DNA from: Oscillospiraceae bacterium
GTDB lineage: Bacteria > Bacillota > Clostridia > Oscillospirales > CAG-272
Length of the DNA: 64,000 nt
Assembly (NCBI GenBank): GCA_015063625.1
Contig: SVTT01000007.1
Location: 12,780 to 76,779 of the forward strand
Direction of reading: 5' to 3'
Of this stretch, positions 30,169 to 39,573 are shown piece after piece. Within the stretch, counting starts at the first letter, position 1. Every line of letters begins with the position of its first letter. Under the pieces are notes generated by a model, which had not been told where the DNA came from, searched no databases, and worked only from the letters and a program-made list of their open reading frames with translations. The translations under genes were made by a program, and so were the position numbers.

Positions 30169-31434
30169 TCAATCTCTCTTTTTGCCGCATTCGGCACAGA
30201 ATTTGCCGCGGTTTTTGGTGCCGCAGTCAGTGCAGAACCATGTGTCGTCAGCAGGCGCCTTGGTGCCGCATTCGGCACAGAATTTCCCACTGTTATGCTT
30301 ACCGCATTGGGGACACCTCCAGCCTTCCTCGGCAGTCGGCTTGGGTGCACCGCACTCGGCACAGAATTTTCCGCTGTTCTGCTTGCCACAGGCACAGGTC
30401 CAGCCCGCCTCGGCGGCAGACCTTTTCTCGGCATCACGTGCCATCTGAGCGCGGTTGGTCTCGGAGAATGCGCCAAAGCCCCCTGCGGCGCTCATGCCCA
30501 TTCCCATGCCCATAAAGGCGGTGGCAGAGCCGTTTGCATTGCTGCCCGCCGCTTCAATGCCACGCGCCATCGCACCCTGCACGTAGCCCTCGCGCACACC
30601 GGCATCACCCAGCATCGCGCCTTGATTGCGCATGTTGATCAGCTTCTTGGATTCCTCGTCATAGGAGATGTTGGCAAGACCCACAGAGAGCACCTCAAAG
30701 CCGCGCAGATTCTTGAAATCCTCGTCAAGCTCGGTCGCCATGTAGCGTGACAGCTCTCTTGATTTGCTTGCCACGTGCGAGATCCTGATGCCGTCGGCAG
30801 ACATCTTGTTGATGGCTGCCTGAAGTGCCTCGAGAAATTCGTCAAGATACTGCTCGTTGATGTCGGTGATCTCGACGCGGTCACGGTTGCGGGGGATCGC
30901 CTCGGCGTAGAATTTAAGGGGGTTGGTGATCTTGATGGAGTACGTGCCGAATGCGCGCAGGAAAAGCTCGGAATTGTAGAAATTGTCAAAGTAATTGACG
31001 GGGTTCTTGGTGCCGAACTTGATGCCCTTGATCTCCTGCAGGTTGATGAAGAACGCCTTTTGCGAGGAGGAGGGAACGCCGCCGTATTTGACGCGGCGGA
31101 ATGCCTCGGCAAGGCTGTCGCCGAACTCGCCCGCAAAGAGCGAGGGCATGGAGGAATTGTCCACCTTATAATAGCCCGGCTCTGCGGTGAAGTCCACCAC
31201 CTTGCCGCCATCCACCAGCATCATGAACTGGTTGTCGTAAACATGAATGATCGAGCCGTTTGAAATGGTGTCCGCCGTGCCTTTTTTGTTGGAATTCCGC
31301 TTGTCGTTCCGTCTGACCGGTACGCCCTTGGCAAACACGGTGGTGTCGCCCATGCTGTCGGCTTCGATGACCTCCTGCCAAGTGTCGGCAAGACCGCCGC
31401 CCATGGCAGAAAGGACTGCTTTGATAATGCCCAT
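30169..31434 (-). CDS. SPFH-domain protein with C-terminal Zn ribbons (YdjI-like)
   Basis: KFGTKNP, LRAFGTYS, three W.C..CG..N.GKFCAECG repeats. Confidence 0.8.
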   Translation of the reverse strand: MGIIKAVLSAMGGGLADTWQEVIEADSMGDTTVFAKGVPVRRNDKRNSNKKGTADTISNGSIIHVYDNQFMMLVDGGKVVDFTAEPGYYKVDNSSMPSLFAGEFGDSLAEAFRRVKYGGVPSSSQKAFFINLQEIKGIKFGTKNPVNYFDNFYNSELFLRAFGTYSIKITNPLKFYAEAIPRNRDRVEITDINEQYLDEFLEALQAAINKMSADGIRISHVASKSRELSRYMATELDEDFKNLRGFEVLSVGLANISYDEESKKLINMRNQGAMLGDAGVREGYVQGAMARGIEAAGSNANGSATAFMGMGMGMSAAGGFGAFSETNRAQMARDAEKRSAAEAGWTCACGKQNSGKFCAECGAPKPTAEEGWRCPQCGKHNSGKFCAECGTKAPADDTWFCTDCGTKNRGKFCAECGKKRD

Positions 31435-31782
31435 GATCAGTATCCTCCGTTGATGTATTGATAAGATTTTTCCGAGGGGGGTGAGCCATAATCAAAAAGC
31501 GGAGCAGCCTTTCGGCGCTCCGCTGTCGGCGCGAAGCGCGCCTTTTGCTGTTTTTTCAAAACCCGCCAAGCCGTGTAGACCGAAAAGAGAGAACCCTATA
31601 TTACAAGGGGGTGCCCTGCCGTGCGCTTTACTGCTCCCAGCGTCCTTTGTCCCATCGAGACAAGTCAATCGAAGTGGGGAAAGGGAGGTCTGCAAACCGC
31701 GCTCGGACTCTCTCCGGGCTCCATGTCATGTGTGTCGGCTCCACCAAACGGTCATCACGCACTCAGCAGGCGGAAATCAAAA

Positions 31783-32109
31783 TTACTTGTCGTTCTTTTC
31801 TTCGGCGTCGTAATCGATCTCGTCAAAGAGAATGTCGTCAAAGTAGTCGGCAATGTCGTCAAATTCGTCGTCGTCCTCGACCGAAACAAGGGAGGTCTCG
31901 CCGTTTTCGACCACGCTCTTGAGGATCACGTAGCCGCACTCGGCATCCTCGCTTTCATAGTCCTCTGCAGGCGCAAAGGCATAGTACTCGGTACCGTTCT
32001 TTTCGCAGGTGCCGAGCAGGATAAATTCGTGCTCGTTGCCCTCCTCGTCGGACAGCAGATAGACCTCTACTTCCTCCTCGGGCAGGTTGTTCTTTTCTTT
32101 TTCGTTCAT
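31783..32109 (-). CDS. DUF1292 family acidic protein
   Basis: Small and acidic; L.DEEGNEHEF...YYAF...VEDDDEFD pattern. Confidence 0.8.
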   Translation of the reverse strand: MNEKEKNNLPEEEVEVYLLSDEEGNEHEFILLGTCEKNGTEYYAFAPAEDYESEDAECGYVILKSVVENGETSLVSVEDDDEFDDIADYFDDILFDEIDYDAEEKNDK

Positions 32110-32202
32110 GTGATGTCACCTCGCTTACAGTATCATTCTATCCGATTTTTCCCCAAAAGTCAAGGGGAATGCAATGGATTCCTGAATTTTACGGTTTGGT
32201 GC

Positions 32203-33609
32203 TCAGGGCAGCACCGAGAAGGGCAGAACGTCGGCAAAGCTGCTTTCGCTGCTGAGCCCCTCCTTGCCAATGATATAGTACAAATGTTCATTGTTGTCAG
32301 TTTCCACGAGCGCGAGCGCATAGCCGTCCTTGAAGAAGGGGGTCAGGAGAAGGATGCTTTCAAGCTCGGGCTCGATCACGGGGGTTCCGGTTTTATCGAT
32401 ATAGGCGTAGACCGATTCGGTACCGACCGTTTCCAATTCGACCGCGGCATAACCGTTCATGAAGGTTCCCGCCTGCTTGAAGGAGGGCTCGATCACGAAT
32501 GTGCCGCTTTTGTCGATATAGCCCCAGGCTTCCTTTTCGGCGTCGGAGCAGACGGCGGCAAGTCCGTTTTCGGCAAAGGAGAGCGCCTTGTCGAATTTCA
32601 GATCGACCTTGACGTCGCCCTTTTTGTTGATGAAGCCGTATTTGTCCTTCAGCTTGACCAGCGCGAGATCCTGGGCAAAGGATTCGGCATAGTCGTAGGT
32701 GGGGGTGACCACGTAGATGCCCTCGCGGTCGATAAAGCCGTACTTGCCGTCCTTGGCAACCAGTGCCAATCCGTTGTCGGTGAAGGGCTCGATGAGATCA
32801 AACTGCGGATTGACCTCCCACTCACCCTTTTGATTGATCAGACCCCATTTGCCGAAGGCGTAAACGGCGGCGAAGCCGTTGTGGTCAAAGTCGACGGCGG
32901 CGTCAAAGCGAGGATCGATCACGTAGATGCCGCGGGTGTTGATATAGCCGTACTTGCCGCCGATCTGCACGAGGGCAAGACCCTCCTCGGCAAAGGGGCG
33001 CGCAAAATCGAACTGCGGATTGATGACCATATCTCCCTTTTTGTTGATATAGCCCCAGGAGCCGTTTGATTTCACTGCGGCAAAGCCGCTGTCGTCAAAG
33101 CTTGCGGCTTCTTCAAATTCGGCGGGAATGACAAGCGTGCCCTCCCTGTCGATATAGCCCCATTTCTTGCTGCTGATCTCTACGGCGGCAAGACCGTTTT
33201 CAGCAAATTCATATGCGGTGAGATATTTTGCCTTGATCTGGAAGGTGCCGTTCGGATCCACGTATCCCCAACGGAGATCGCCGTTGTCGTTGTGGACGGC
33301 GACAGGGAGCAGACCCCCGTTGAAGAGGGGAAGATCAACCTCGCCTTTTTTGGGGCTGCTGACCGAAAACAGGATCACGAGGAAGACGCTGATGCCCACC
33401 AGAAGAAAGAGCGTGATGGCGGCGGGGATAGGAAAGAAGCCGCGCTTCTTTTTCGGCGGCTCGGCAGGGGGGGCTTGCTCGGTCTGCTGATCTGCCGTAT
33501 GCCGGGCAGGCGCTTGCTCAGCATCAACCCTTTCTCCCTCGACGGCAGCCGTGTCTGCCACAGTCGGATCGTCAGGGGCGCTGTTTTGATGCATCGGTTC
33601 TTGGTTCAT
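32203..33609 (-). CDS. WG (KWG)-repeat surface protein
   Basis: About nine F...GLA.V...K(W/Y)G(Y/F)I(D/N)..G repeats after one TM helix. Confidence 0.9.
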   Translation of the reverse strand: MNQEPMHQNSAPDDPTVADTAAVEGERVDAEQAPARHTADQQTEQAPPAEPPKKKRGFFPIPAAITLFLLVGISVFLVILFSVSSPKKGEVDLPLFNGGLLPVAVHNDNGDLRWGYVDPNGTFQIKAKYLTAYEFAENGLAAVEISSKKWGYIDREGTLVIPAEFEEAASFDDSGFAAVKSNGSWGYINKKGDMVINPQFDFARPFAEEGLALVQIGGKYGYINTRGIYVIDPRFDAAVDFDHNGFAAVYAFGKWGLINQKGEWEVNPQFDLIEPFTDNGLALVAKDGKYGFIDREGIYVVTPTYDYAESFAQDLALVKLKDKYGFINKKGDVKVDLKFDKALSFAENGLAAVCSDAEKEAWGYIDKSGTFVIEPSFKQAGTFMNGYAAVELETVGTESVYAYIDKTGTPVIEPELESILLLTPFFKDGYALALVETDNNEHLYYIIGKEGLSSESSFADVLPFSVLP

Positions 33610-33847
33610 GCGATTCTCCTTTCACATTTCACAGCAGCACGTGCACGGTCGCGCGCAAGCGCGCAACTCTCGCACGTGCGAATTTTCATACTAAAGTATA
33701 TCACAATAATCAATGGTTGTCAACGAAAAATGCCGCTTTCTTCAAGCAGACGGACAAAACGGATATTTTGGAATCCAATTTGAACCGAATTGGAAAACAA
33801 ATGGAGATTTTATTCAAAAAATAGAAAATAAAAGTTTGAAATTGGAA

Positions 33848-33885
33848 AATTGCCCCTGCGTAGCATGTGCTGCGCAGGGGCAATT
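33848..33885 (-). terminator. prfC terminator
   Basis: 18-bp near-perfect stem just past the prfC stop. Confidence 0.7.
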
Positions 33886-33899
33886 GTTGAAAAAAGGAA

Positions 33900-35498
33900 T
33901 CATTCGATGCGGTCAAAGTCCTCGAGCACGAGAGAGGGGTTGTTGTCAAGCGCCCACTTGATGCTCCACTGACCCGTGAACACGAGATAATCCTTACCGC
34001 GTACGTCCTGAATACGACGGGTGTCGGAGGCGAGGTTAAGGCGTGTCACGTCGCCGTCATAGGAGGCGATGCGCTGGATATACTGATAGGGCAGCTCGCG
34101 GTGCAGATACTCCACGCCGTATTCGGACTTCATGCGGAATTTCAGTACGTCGTATTGCAGCACACCGATCACACCCACGATCACGCGCTCAAGACCTGCA
34201 TTCGGCTCAAAGAAGATGCGGATCGCACCTTCCTGCGCGATCTGGTTCATGCCCTTGGCAAATTGCTTGCGCTTCATCGAGTCGATCTGCTCCACCATGG
34301 CAAAATGCTCGGGGGCAAAGGTGGGGATGCCCGCAAAGCAGATCTTCAGATCCTTGGCGGTCACGGTGTCGCCGATCGAGAAGATGCCGGGGTCAAACAC
34401 GCCGATGATATCGCCGGCATACGCTTCCTCGATGCCTGCGCGCTCCTCTGCCATCATTTGCTGGGGCTGTGAGAGCTTCACGGGCTTGCCTGCCTGCACG
34501 TGATAGTATTCCTTCCCGCGCTCAAACTTGCCCGAGCAGATGCGCAAAAAAGCGATGCGGTCGCGGTGCGCCTTGTTCATGTTCGCCTGGATCTTAAAGA
34601 CGAAGGCGGAGAAGCGGTCGTCAAACGGGTCGACCGTATTGCCATCGGACACGCGGGGCAGAGGCGTGGGCGTGAGGGAGAGGAAGTATTTGAGAAAGTC
34701 CTCAACGCCGAAGTTATTGAGCGCCGAGCCGAAGAAGACGGGGCTCAGCTTGCCCGAGAGAATGGCATCTGTATCGAAATCGAAGGAGGCGCCGTCAAGG
34801 AGCTCCACCTGCTCCACCAGCTCTCGGCGCAGATTTTCGCCGATGAGCGCGTCAAGCGTGTCGGTGTCGCCGATGTCGCAGGCAACCGTGTCAAGGCGGT
34901 TCCGTCCGCCGTGACCGTTCGAAAAGGTGTGAATGGCGTGCTCGCGGCGGTCATAAACGCCCTTGAAGGTCACGCCGCAGCTGATGGGCCAGTTCATCGG
35001 GTAGGTGCCGATGCCGAATTCGCGCTCCAGCTCGTCCAGCAGATCGAAGGGGTCGCGTGCCTCGTGGTCAAGCTTATTGATAAAGGTAAAGATCGGAATG
35101 CCGCGCTTGGCACAGACGTGAAAGAGCTTTCTTGTCTGGGGCTCGATGCCCTTTGCCGCATCGATGACCATGACGGCGCTGTCTGCCGCCATCAGCGTGC
35201 GGTAGGTATCCTCCGAGAAGTCCTGGTGACCGGGGGTGTCGAGAATGTTGATGCAGTAGCCGTCGTAGTTGAACTGCATGACCGAGGAGGTCACCGAGAT
35301 GCCGCGCTGCTTTTCGAGCTCCATCCAGTCCGAAACGGCGTGGCGGTCGCTCTGCTTACCCTTCACTGAGCCTGCCGATTGAATGGCGCCGCCGTAAAGC
35401 AGCAGCTTCTCGGTCAGCGTGGTCTTGCCCGCGTCAGGGTGAGAGATGATGGCAAACGTGCGTCTGCGCTCAATTTCTTTTCTTGTTCTTTCGTCCAT
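33900..35498 (-). CDS. prfC: Peptide chain release factor 3
   Basis: ISHPDAGKTTLTEKLL, SDWM, DTPGHQDF, HRDR. Confidence 0.97.
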   Translation of the reverse strand: MDERTRKEIERRRTFAIISHPDAGKTTLTEKLLLYGGAIQSAGSVKGKQSDRHAVSDWMELEKQRGISVTSSVMQFNYDGYCINILDTPGHQDFSEDTYRTLMAADSAVMVIDAAKGIEPQTRKLFHVCAKRGIPIFTFINKLDHEARDPFDLLDELEREFGIGTYPMNWPISCGVTFKGVYDRREHAIHTFSNGHGGRNRLDTVACDIGDTDTLDALIGENLRRELVEQVELLDGASFDFDTDAILSGKLSPVFFGSALNNFGVEDFLKYFLSLTPTPLPRVSDGNTVDPFDDRFSAFVFKIQANMNKAHRDRIAFLRICSGKFERGKEYYHVQAGKPVKLSQPQQMMAEERAGIEEAYAGDIIGVFDPGIFSIGDTVTAKDLKICFAGIPTFAPEHFAMVEQIDSMKRKQFAKGMNQIAQEGAIRIFFEPNAGLERVIVGVIGVLQYDVLKFRMKSEYGVEYLHRELPYQYIQRIASYDGDVTRLNLASDTRRIQDVRGKDYLVFTGQWSIKWALDNNPSLVLEDFDRIE

Positions 35499-35789
35499 AT
35501 CAAAATCCTTTTAAAAATGACAATTACAATATATTGTACCGCATTTTCACCGCTTTCGCAAGGGGGAAGAGAAAATAAACGCGAAAATCTTCCTTTTTAT
35601 ATATGAGTGGAGGAGGGCGAGCCGCCCCGTGCTCGGGAAGGCGTGCCTGGCGGTGTCAAGGCGGCGATTTATTATTGACAACGCTCTTTTTTAACATCTT
35701 TTTTGCATTCTCTCCCTTTTCCCTCCAAAGGTGACAAAGATGCCAAAATGTGAACGGTTTTTTTGTGTATTATTTTTTGGGGAAAGGGG

Positions 35790-35878
35790 TTTACATTTTT
35801 GAGCACGCATGGTATACTATCTACGGTCTGCCACAAGATATAGTGGCAAGTTGGAAAAAGGTTGTCTAAATGTGGGGG
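35790..35878 (+). promoter_or_regulatory. nrdD promoter with NrdR box(es)
   Basis: TTTACA-17-TATACT; CCACAAGATATAGTGG (35831-35846) matches the NrdR consensus; weaker box 32 bp downstream. Confidence 0.7.
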
Positions 35879-35907
35879 CGGGACGCTCGCTCGGGAGGGA
35901 GAGAAAA

Positions 35908-38091
35908 ATGAAAATCATTAAAAGAAACGGCTCTGAGGTAACGTTTGACAGAAAAAAGATCTGTCGTGCGATCGAGAAGGCGAACGAGAGTGGCGAGGGA
36001 AAGCCCGAGCTGACCGCCCGTCAGATCGACTATATTTCCTTTGTGATCGAGGATTATTGCAACGAGGTGGGACGCGCACTGTCCGTGGAGGAGATCCAGG
36101 AGCTGGTGGAGACCCTTATCATTCAGCAAAATGCGCCCGAAACGGCAAAGCGCTATATCCGTTATCGCTTTACGCGCAACCTGGCGCGCCGTGCCAACAC
36201 CACTGACGAGAATATTCTTTCTCTCATTGAATGCAACAATGAGGAGGTCAAGCAGGAGAACTCCAACAAGAACCCCACGGTCAACAGCGTCCAGCGTGAC
36301 TATATGGCGGGCGAGGTCTCCAAGGACCTGACGCGCCGTATTCTCCTGCCGGAGGATGTGGTGAAGGCACATGAGGAGGGCATCATCCATTTCCATGATG
36401 CCGACTATTTTGCACAGCATATGCACAATTGCGATCTTGTCAATCTTGAGGATATGCTGCAAAACGGCACCGTCATCAGCGGCACGCTGATCGAGAAGCC
36501 CCATAGCTTCTCCACCGCCTGTAACATCGCCACACAGATCATTGCGCAGGTCGCCTCCAATCAGTACGGCGGACAGAGCATCTCGCTCACGCATCTTGCC
36601 CCCTTCGTGCAGGTGTCCCGTGAGAAGATCACTCGCGAGGTCTATGCCGAAATGGAGAGCCTTGGCATCGCACCCGGTGAGGAGAAGATCTCCGAGATCG
36701 TGGAAAAGAGATTGCTCGATGAGATCCGCCGCGGCGTACAGACCATTCAGTACCAGGTCGTGACCCTGCTCACCACCAACGGACAGGCCCCCTTCGTTAC
36801 CGTCTTCATGTACCTCGGTGAAGCAAAGGATCCCCAGCTGAAGAATGACCTTGCCCTCATCATCCGCGAGGTGCTCACGCAGCGTCATCGCGGTGTCAAG
36901 AACGAGGCGGGCGTGTACGTTACCCCTGCCTTCCCCAAGCTCATCTACGTGCTGGAGGAGGACAATATTCACGAGGGCGCACCCTATTACGAGCTGACCA
37001 AGCTTGCCGCAAAGTGCACGGCAAAGCGCATGGTGCCCGACTATATTTCCGAGAAAGTCATGAAGCAGCTGAAGGTCGACGATAACGGCGACGGACAGTG
37101 CTATACCTGCATGGGCTGCCGTAGCTTTCTCACCCCGTTTGTGGACGAAAACGGAAAGGCGAAGTATTACGGTCGCTTCAATCAGGGTGTCGTGACCATC
37201 AATCTGGTCGATGCCGCCTGCTCCGCCACCATGGAGGGCAGAGATGTTGAGCGCTTCTGGAAGATCCTTGACGAGCGCCTTGAGCTTTGCCATCGCGCAC
37301 TGCGCTGCCGCCACGAGCGCCTTGAGGGCACGCTTTCGGATGCAGCCCCTATTCTCTGGCAGTACGGCGCACTGGCACGTCTTGAAAAGGGTGAGCCGAT
37401 CACCAAGCTTTTGCACGGTGGCTATTCCACCATCTCGCTCGGTTACGCGGGACTTTGGGAGTGTGTCTATGCCGTGACGGGCAAAAAGCTGATCGATCCC
37501 GAGGGCGAGAAGTTCGGTCTTGAGGTCATGCAACGCCTCAATGACGCCTGCAAGCGTTGGAAGGAAGAGGAGAATATCCACTACTCGCTGTACGGTACGC
37601 CCCTTGAGTCTACCACCTATAAGTTTGCCAAGTGCCTGCAAAAGCGCTTCGGCAAGATTCCCGGGGTGACCGATAAGAGCTATATCACCAATTCCTATCA
37701 CATCCACGTCACGCAGGATATCGACGCCTTTGACAAGCTGGCGTTTGAATCTAAGTTCCAGGCACTCTCGCCCGGCGGCGCCATCAGCTATGTTGAGGTG
37801 CCCAACATGCAGGATAATCTGGATGCGGTCATGGAGGTCATGAAGTTTATCTACAACAATATCATGTATGCCGAGCTTAATACCAAGAGCGACTATTGCC
37901 AGGTCTGCGGCTATGACGGCGAGATCATGATCGTGGAGGATGACGGCAAGCTGGTCTGGGAGTGCCCGCACTGCCATAACCGCGATCAGAACAAGATGAA
38001 CGTGGCACGCCGTACCTGCGGCTATATCGGCTCTCAGTATTGGAATCAGGGCCGTACGCAGGAGATCCGTGAGCGTGTGCTCCACCTTTGA
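35908..38091 (+). CDS. nrdD: Anaerobic (class III) ribonucleoside-triphosphate reductase
   Basis: ATP-cone IIKRNG, MGCRS, CQVC..CPHC, RRTCGY glycyl-radical motif. Confidence 0.97.
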   Translation: MKIIKRNGSEVTFDRKKICRAIEKANESGEGKPELTARQIDYISFVIEDYCNEVGRALSVEEIQELVETLIIQQNAPETAKRYIRYRFTRNLARRANTTDENILSLIECNNEEVKQENSNKNPTVNSVQRDYMAGEVSKDLTRRILLPEDVVKAHEEGIIHFHDADYFAQHMHNCDLVNLEDMLQNGTVISGTLIEKPHSFSTACNIATQIIAQVASNQYGGQSISLTHLAPFVQVSREKITREVYAEMESLGIAPGEEKISEIVEKRLLDEIRRGVQTIQYQVVTLLTTNGQAPFVTVFMYLGEAKDPQLKNDLALIIREVLTQRHRGVKNEAGVYVTPAFPKLIYVLEEDNIHEGAPYYELTKLAAKCTAKRMVPDYISEKVMKQLKVDDNGDGQCYTCMGCRSFLTPFVDENGKAKYYGRFNQGVVTINLVDAACSATMEGRDVERFWKILDERLELCHRALRCRHERLEGTLSDAAPILWQYGALARLEKGEPITKLLHGGYSTISLGYAGLWECVYAVTGKKLIDPEGEKFGLEVMQRLNDACKRWKEEENIHYSLYGTPLESTTYKFAKCLQKRFGKIPGVTDKSYITNSYHIHVTQDIDAFDKLAFESKFQALSPGGAISYVEVPNMQDNLDAVMEVMKFIYNNIMYAELNTKSDYCQVCGYDGEIMIVEDDGKLVWECPHCHNRDQNKMNVARRTCGYIGSQYWNQGRTQEIRERVLHL

Positions 38092-38095
38092 TCGC

Positions 38096-38623
38096 ATGCA
38101 TTACGGTGTCATTAAAAGGAGGGATATTGCCAATGGACCGGGCGTGAGAGTTTCACTGTTCGTGTCGGGCTGTACCCATCATTGCAAGGGATGCTTTAAC
38201 GAGGAAACCTGGGATTTTCAATTCGGAGAGCCGTTTACCCCCCAAACGGAGCAAGAGATCCTCGAATATATGTCAGCTGACTATATCGGCGGCTTCTCGC
38301 TTCTCGGGGGAGAGCCCTTCGAGCCCGAGAATCAAAGGGCGCTTTTGCCCCTGCTGCAAAGGATCAAGGGAGAATACCCGAAAAAGACCGTCTGGTGCTA
38401 CACGGGCTATCTGCTTGACAAGGAGCTGATGCGCGACAGCCGCGCAAGATGCGAGGTCACCGACGAGATGCTCTCATTGATCGACGTGCTGGTGGACGGC
38501 AGATTCGTGCAGGAAAAAAAGGACATCCGCCTGCGCTTTCGCGGCTCCTCCAATCAACGCCTCATTGATATGAACCGTACCCGTGAGGCGGGTGAGATCG
38601 TTCTATGGGACGAAACGCAATAA
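38096..38623 (+). CDS. nrdG: Anaerobic RNR activating enzyme
   Basis: NGPGVRVSLFVSGC.HHC.GCFN, RGSSNQR. Confidence 0.96.
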   Translation: MHYGVIKRRDIANGPGVRVSLFVSGCTHHCKGCFNEETWDFQFGEPFTPQTEQEILEYMSADYIGGFSLLGGEPFEPENQRALLPLLQRIKGEYPKKTVWCYTGYLLDKELMRDSRARCEVTDEMLSLIDVLVDGRFVQEKKDIRLRFRGSSNQRLIDMNRTREAGEIVLWDETQ

Positions 38624-38759
38624 GCAATCAAATAGGACGCGTGTGCTCTGCCGATCGGTACGAAAGGGCACGCGCGTCGCAGTTTTTCTGTCGAATCTTT
38701 TTTTGAAAAACAACTTGAAAAAGAGAGGGAGGTATGTTATAATAGCCATATCGTATTTT

Positions 38760-38835
38760 GGGCTCGTAGCTCAGCCGGGAGAGCGCTGCGTTCGCAACGC
38801 AGAGGTCGAGGGTTCGATCCCCTTCGGGTCCACCA
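38760..38835 (+). tRNA. tRNA-Ala(CGC)
   Basis: 76-nt cloverleaf, anticodon loop TTCGCAA, TTCGA T-loop, CCA; promoter TTGAAA-17-TATAAT upstream. Confidence 0.95.
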
Positions 38836-38990
38836 GCGGCAAGCTGCCGCTCCCGATGATCGGGGGAATGCGGTGCTATGCCGAGCCTCATACCACGATG
38901 GCGGTGTTCGGCTTTCAAGCCTTACCTCCACCGACGGCAAGCTGCCGTAACCAAAAATGGGGGGCGTGCGGCGATTCTCCCAAACAGTAT

Positions 38991-39067
38991 CTACCCGTGG
39001 CACAGCTGGATAGCGCGTCAGACTCCGACTCTGAAGGTCGAAGGTTCGAATCCTTTCGGGTAGGCCA
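38991..39067 (+). tRNA. tRNA-Arg(CCG)
   Basis: 77-nt cloverleaf CTACCCG/CGGGTAG, anticodon loop CTCCGAC, TTCGAAT T-loop, CCA. Confidence 0.95.
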
Positions 39068-39108
39068 AACAGAAAAGAGGGGGCTTGTCCCCCTCTTTTC
39101 TGTTTGGC
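39064..39108 (+). terminator. tRNA terminator overlapping the CCA end
   Basis: Perfect 20-bp stem GCCAAACAGAAAAGAGGGGG/CCCCCTCTTTTCTGTTTGGC. Confidence 0.8.
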
Positions 39109-39262
39109 TTGCTCGGAGGGCAAGAGAAACTTCGCAGCGGACAAAGTCCGCGGCGAAGGCAAGTTGCAAGGCAACTTGACAGCAGCCGCAAGGCTGCGTG
39201 GCGAATAGCCGCCGAGAGGCGGCGTCCTTTCGGGTAGGCCAAACAGAAAAGAGGGGGGCTTG

Positions 39263-39573
39263 GGGCACCTACCGTAAAGCAGTTTCATATCAAAACACAA
39301 AAGGGACGAGAAAACCTCGTCCCTTTTGCACACGACCTTGCCTGCAAGGAATAGTGTATGATACCGTATTTTGTTTTCGGGTGGTTTACGCAAAAGTGAT
39401 GTTACTCACTTCGTTCGTAATGATGTTGCTCCCAATAGTCGCAACGATGTGATGTTTGCCCACTGTGCCGTAGGCACTACATCACAGCCGAAGGCTACAT
39501 CATTAGGCAAAGCCGACATCACTTGCCTAAGGGCAAACATCGTTCGGCGCACCTGCTTTATCGCAGGTCGCCG
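39263..39573. mobile_element. 311-bp MITE-like insertion in the terminator loop of unit 2
   Basis: TTG on both sides (39260-62, 39574-76); imperfect terminal inverted repeats of about 20 bp; no ORF. Confidence 0.5.
39398..39543. repeat. Multibranch element with 4xGATGT then 4xACATC
   Basis: Motifs separated by mini-hairpins; 11-bp stem GATGTTTGCCC/GGGCAAACATC. Confidence 0.75.

Noticed and set aside
31435-31782. Riboswitch upstream of the SPFH operon
   Set aside because: Hairpins are present, but no aptamer consensus was recognised on either strand
35866-38097. Long antisense ORFs (for example opposite nrdD, cadA, the TIR-LRR gene and prfC)
   Set aside because: Shadow frames of GC-rich genes with no motifs or RBS
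39108-39224. Group I/II intron or known ribozyme identity for the hairpin block
   Set aside because: I could not find domain V, P7 or other catalytic-core consensus, and the block is too short
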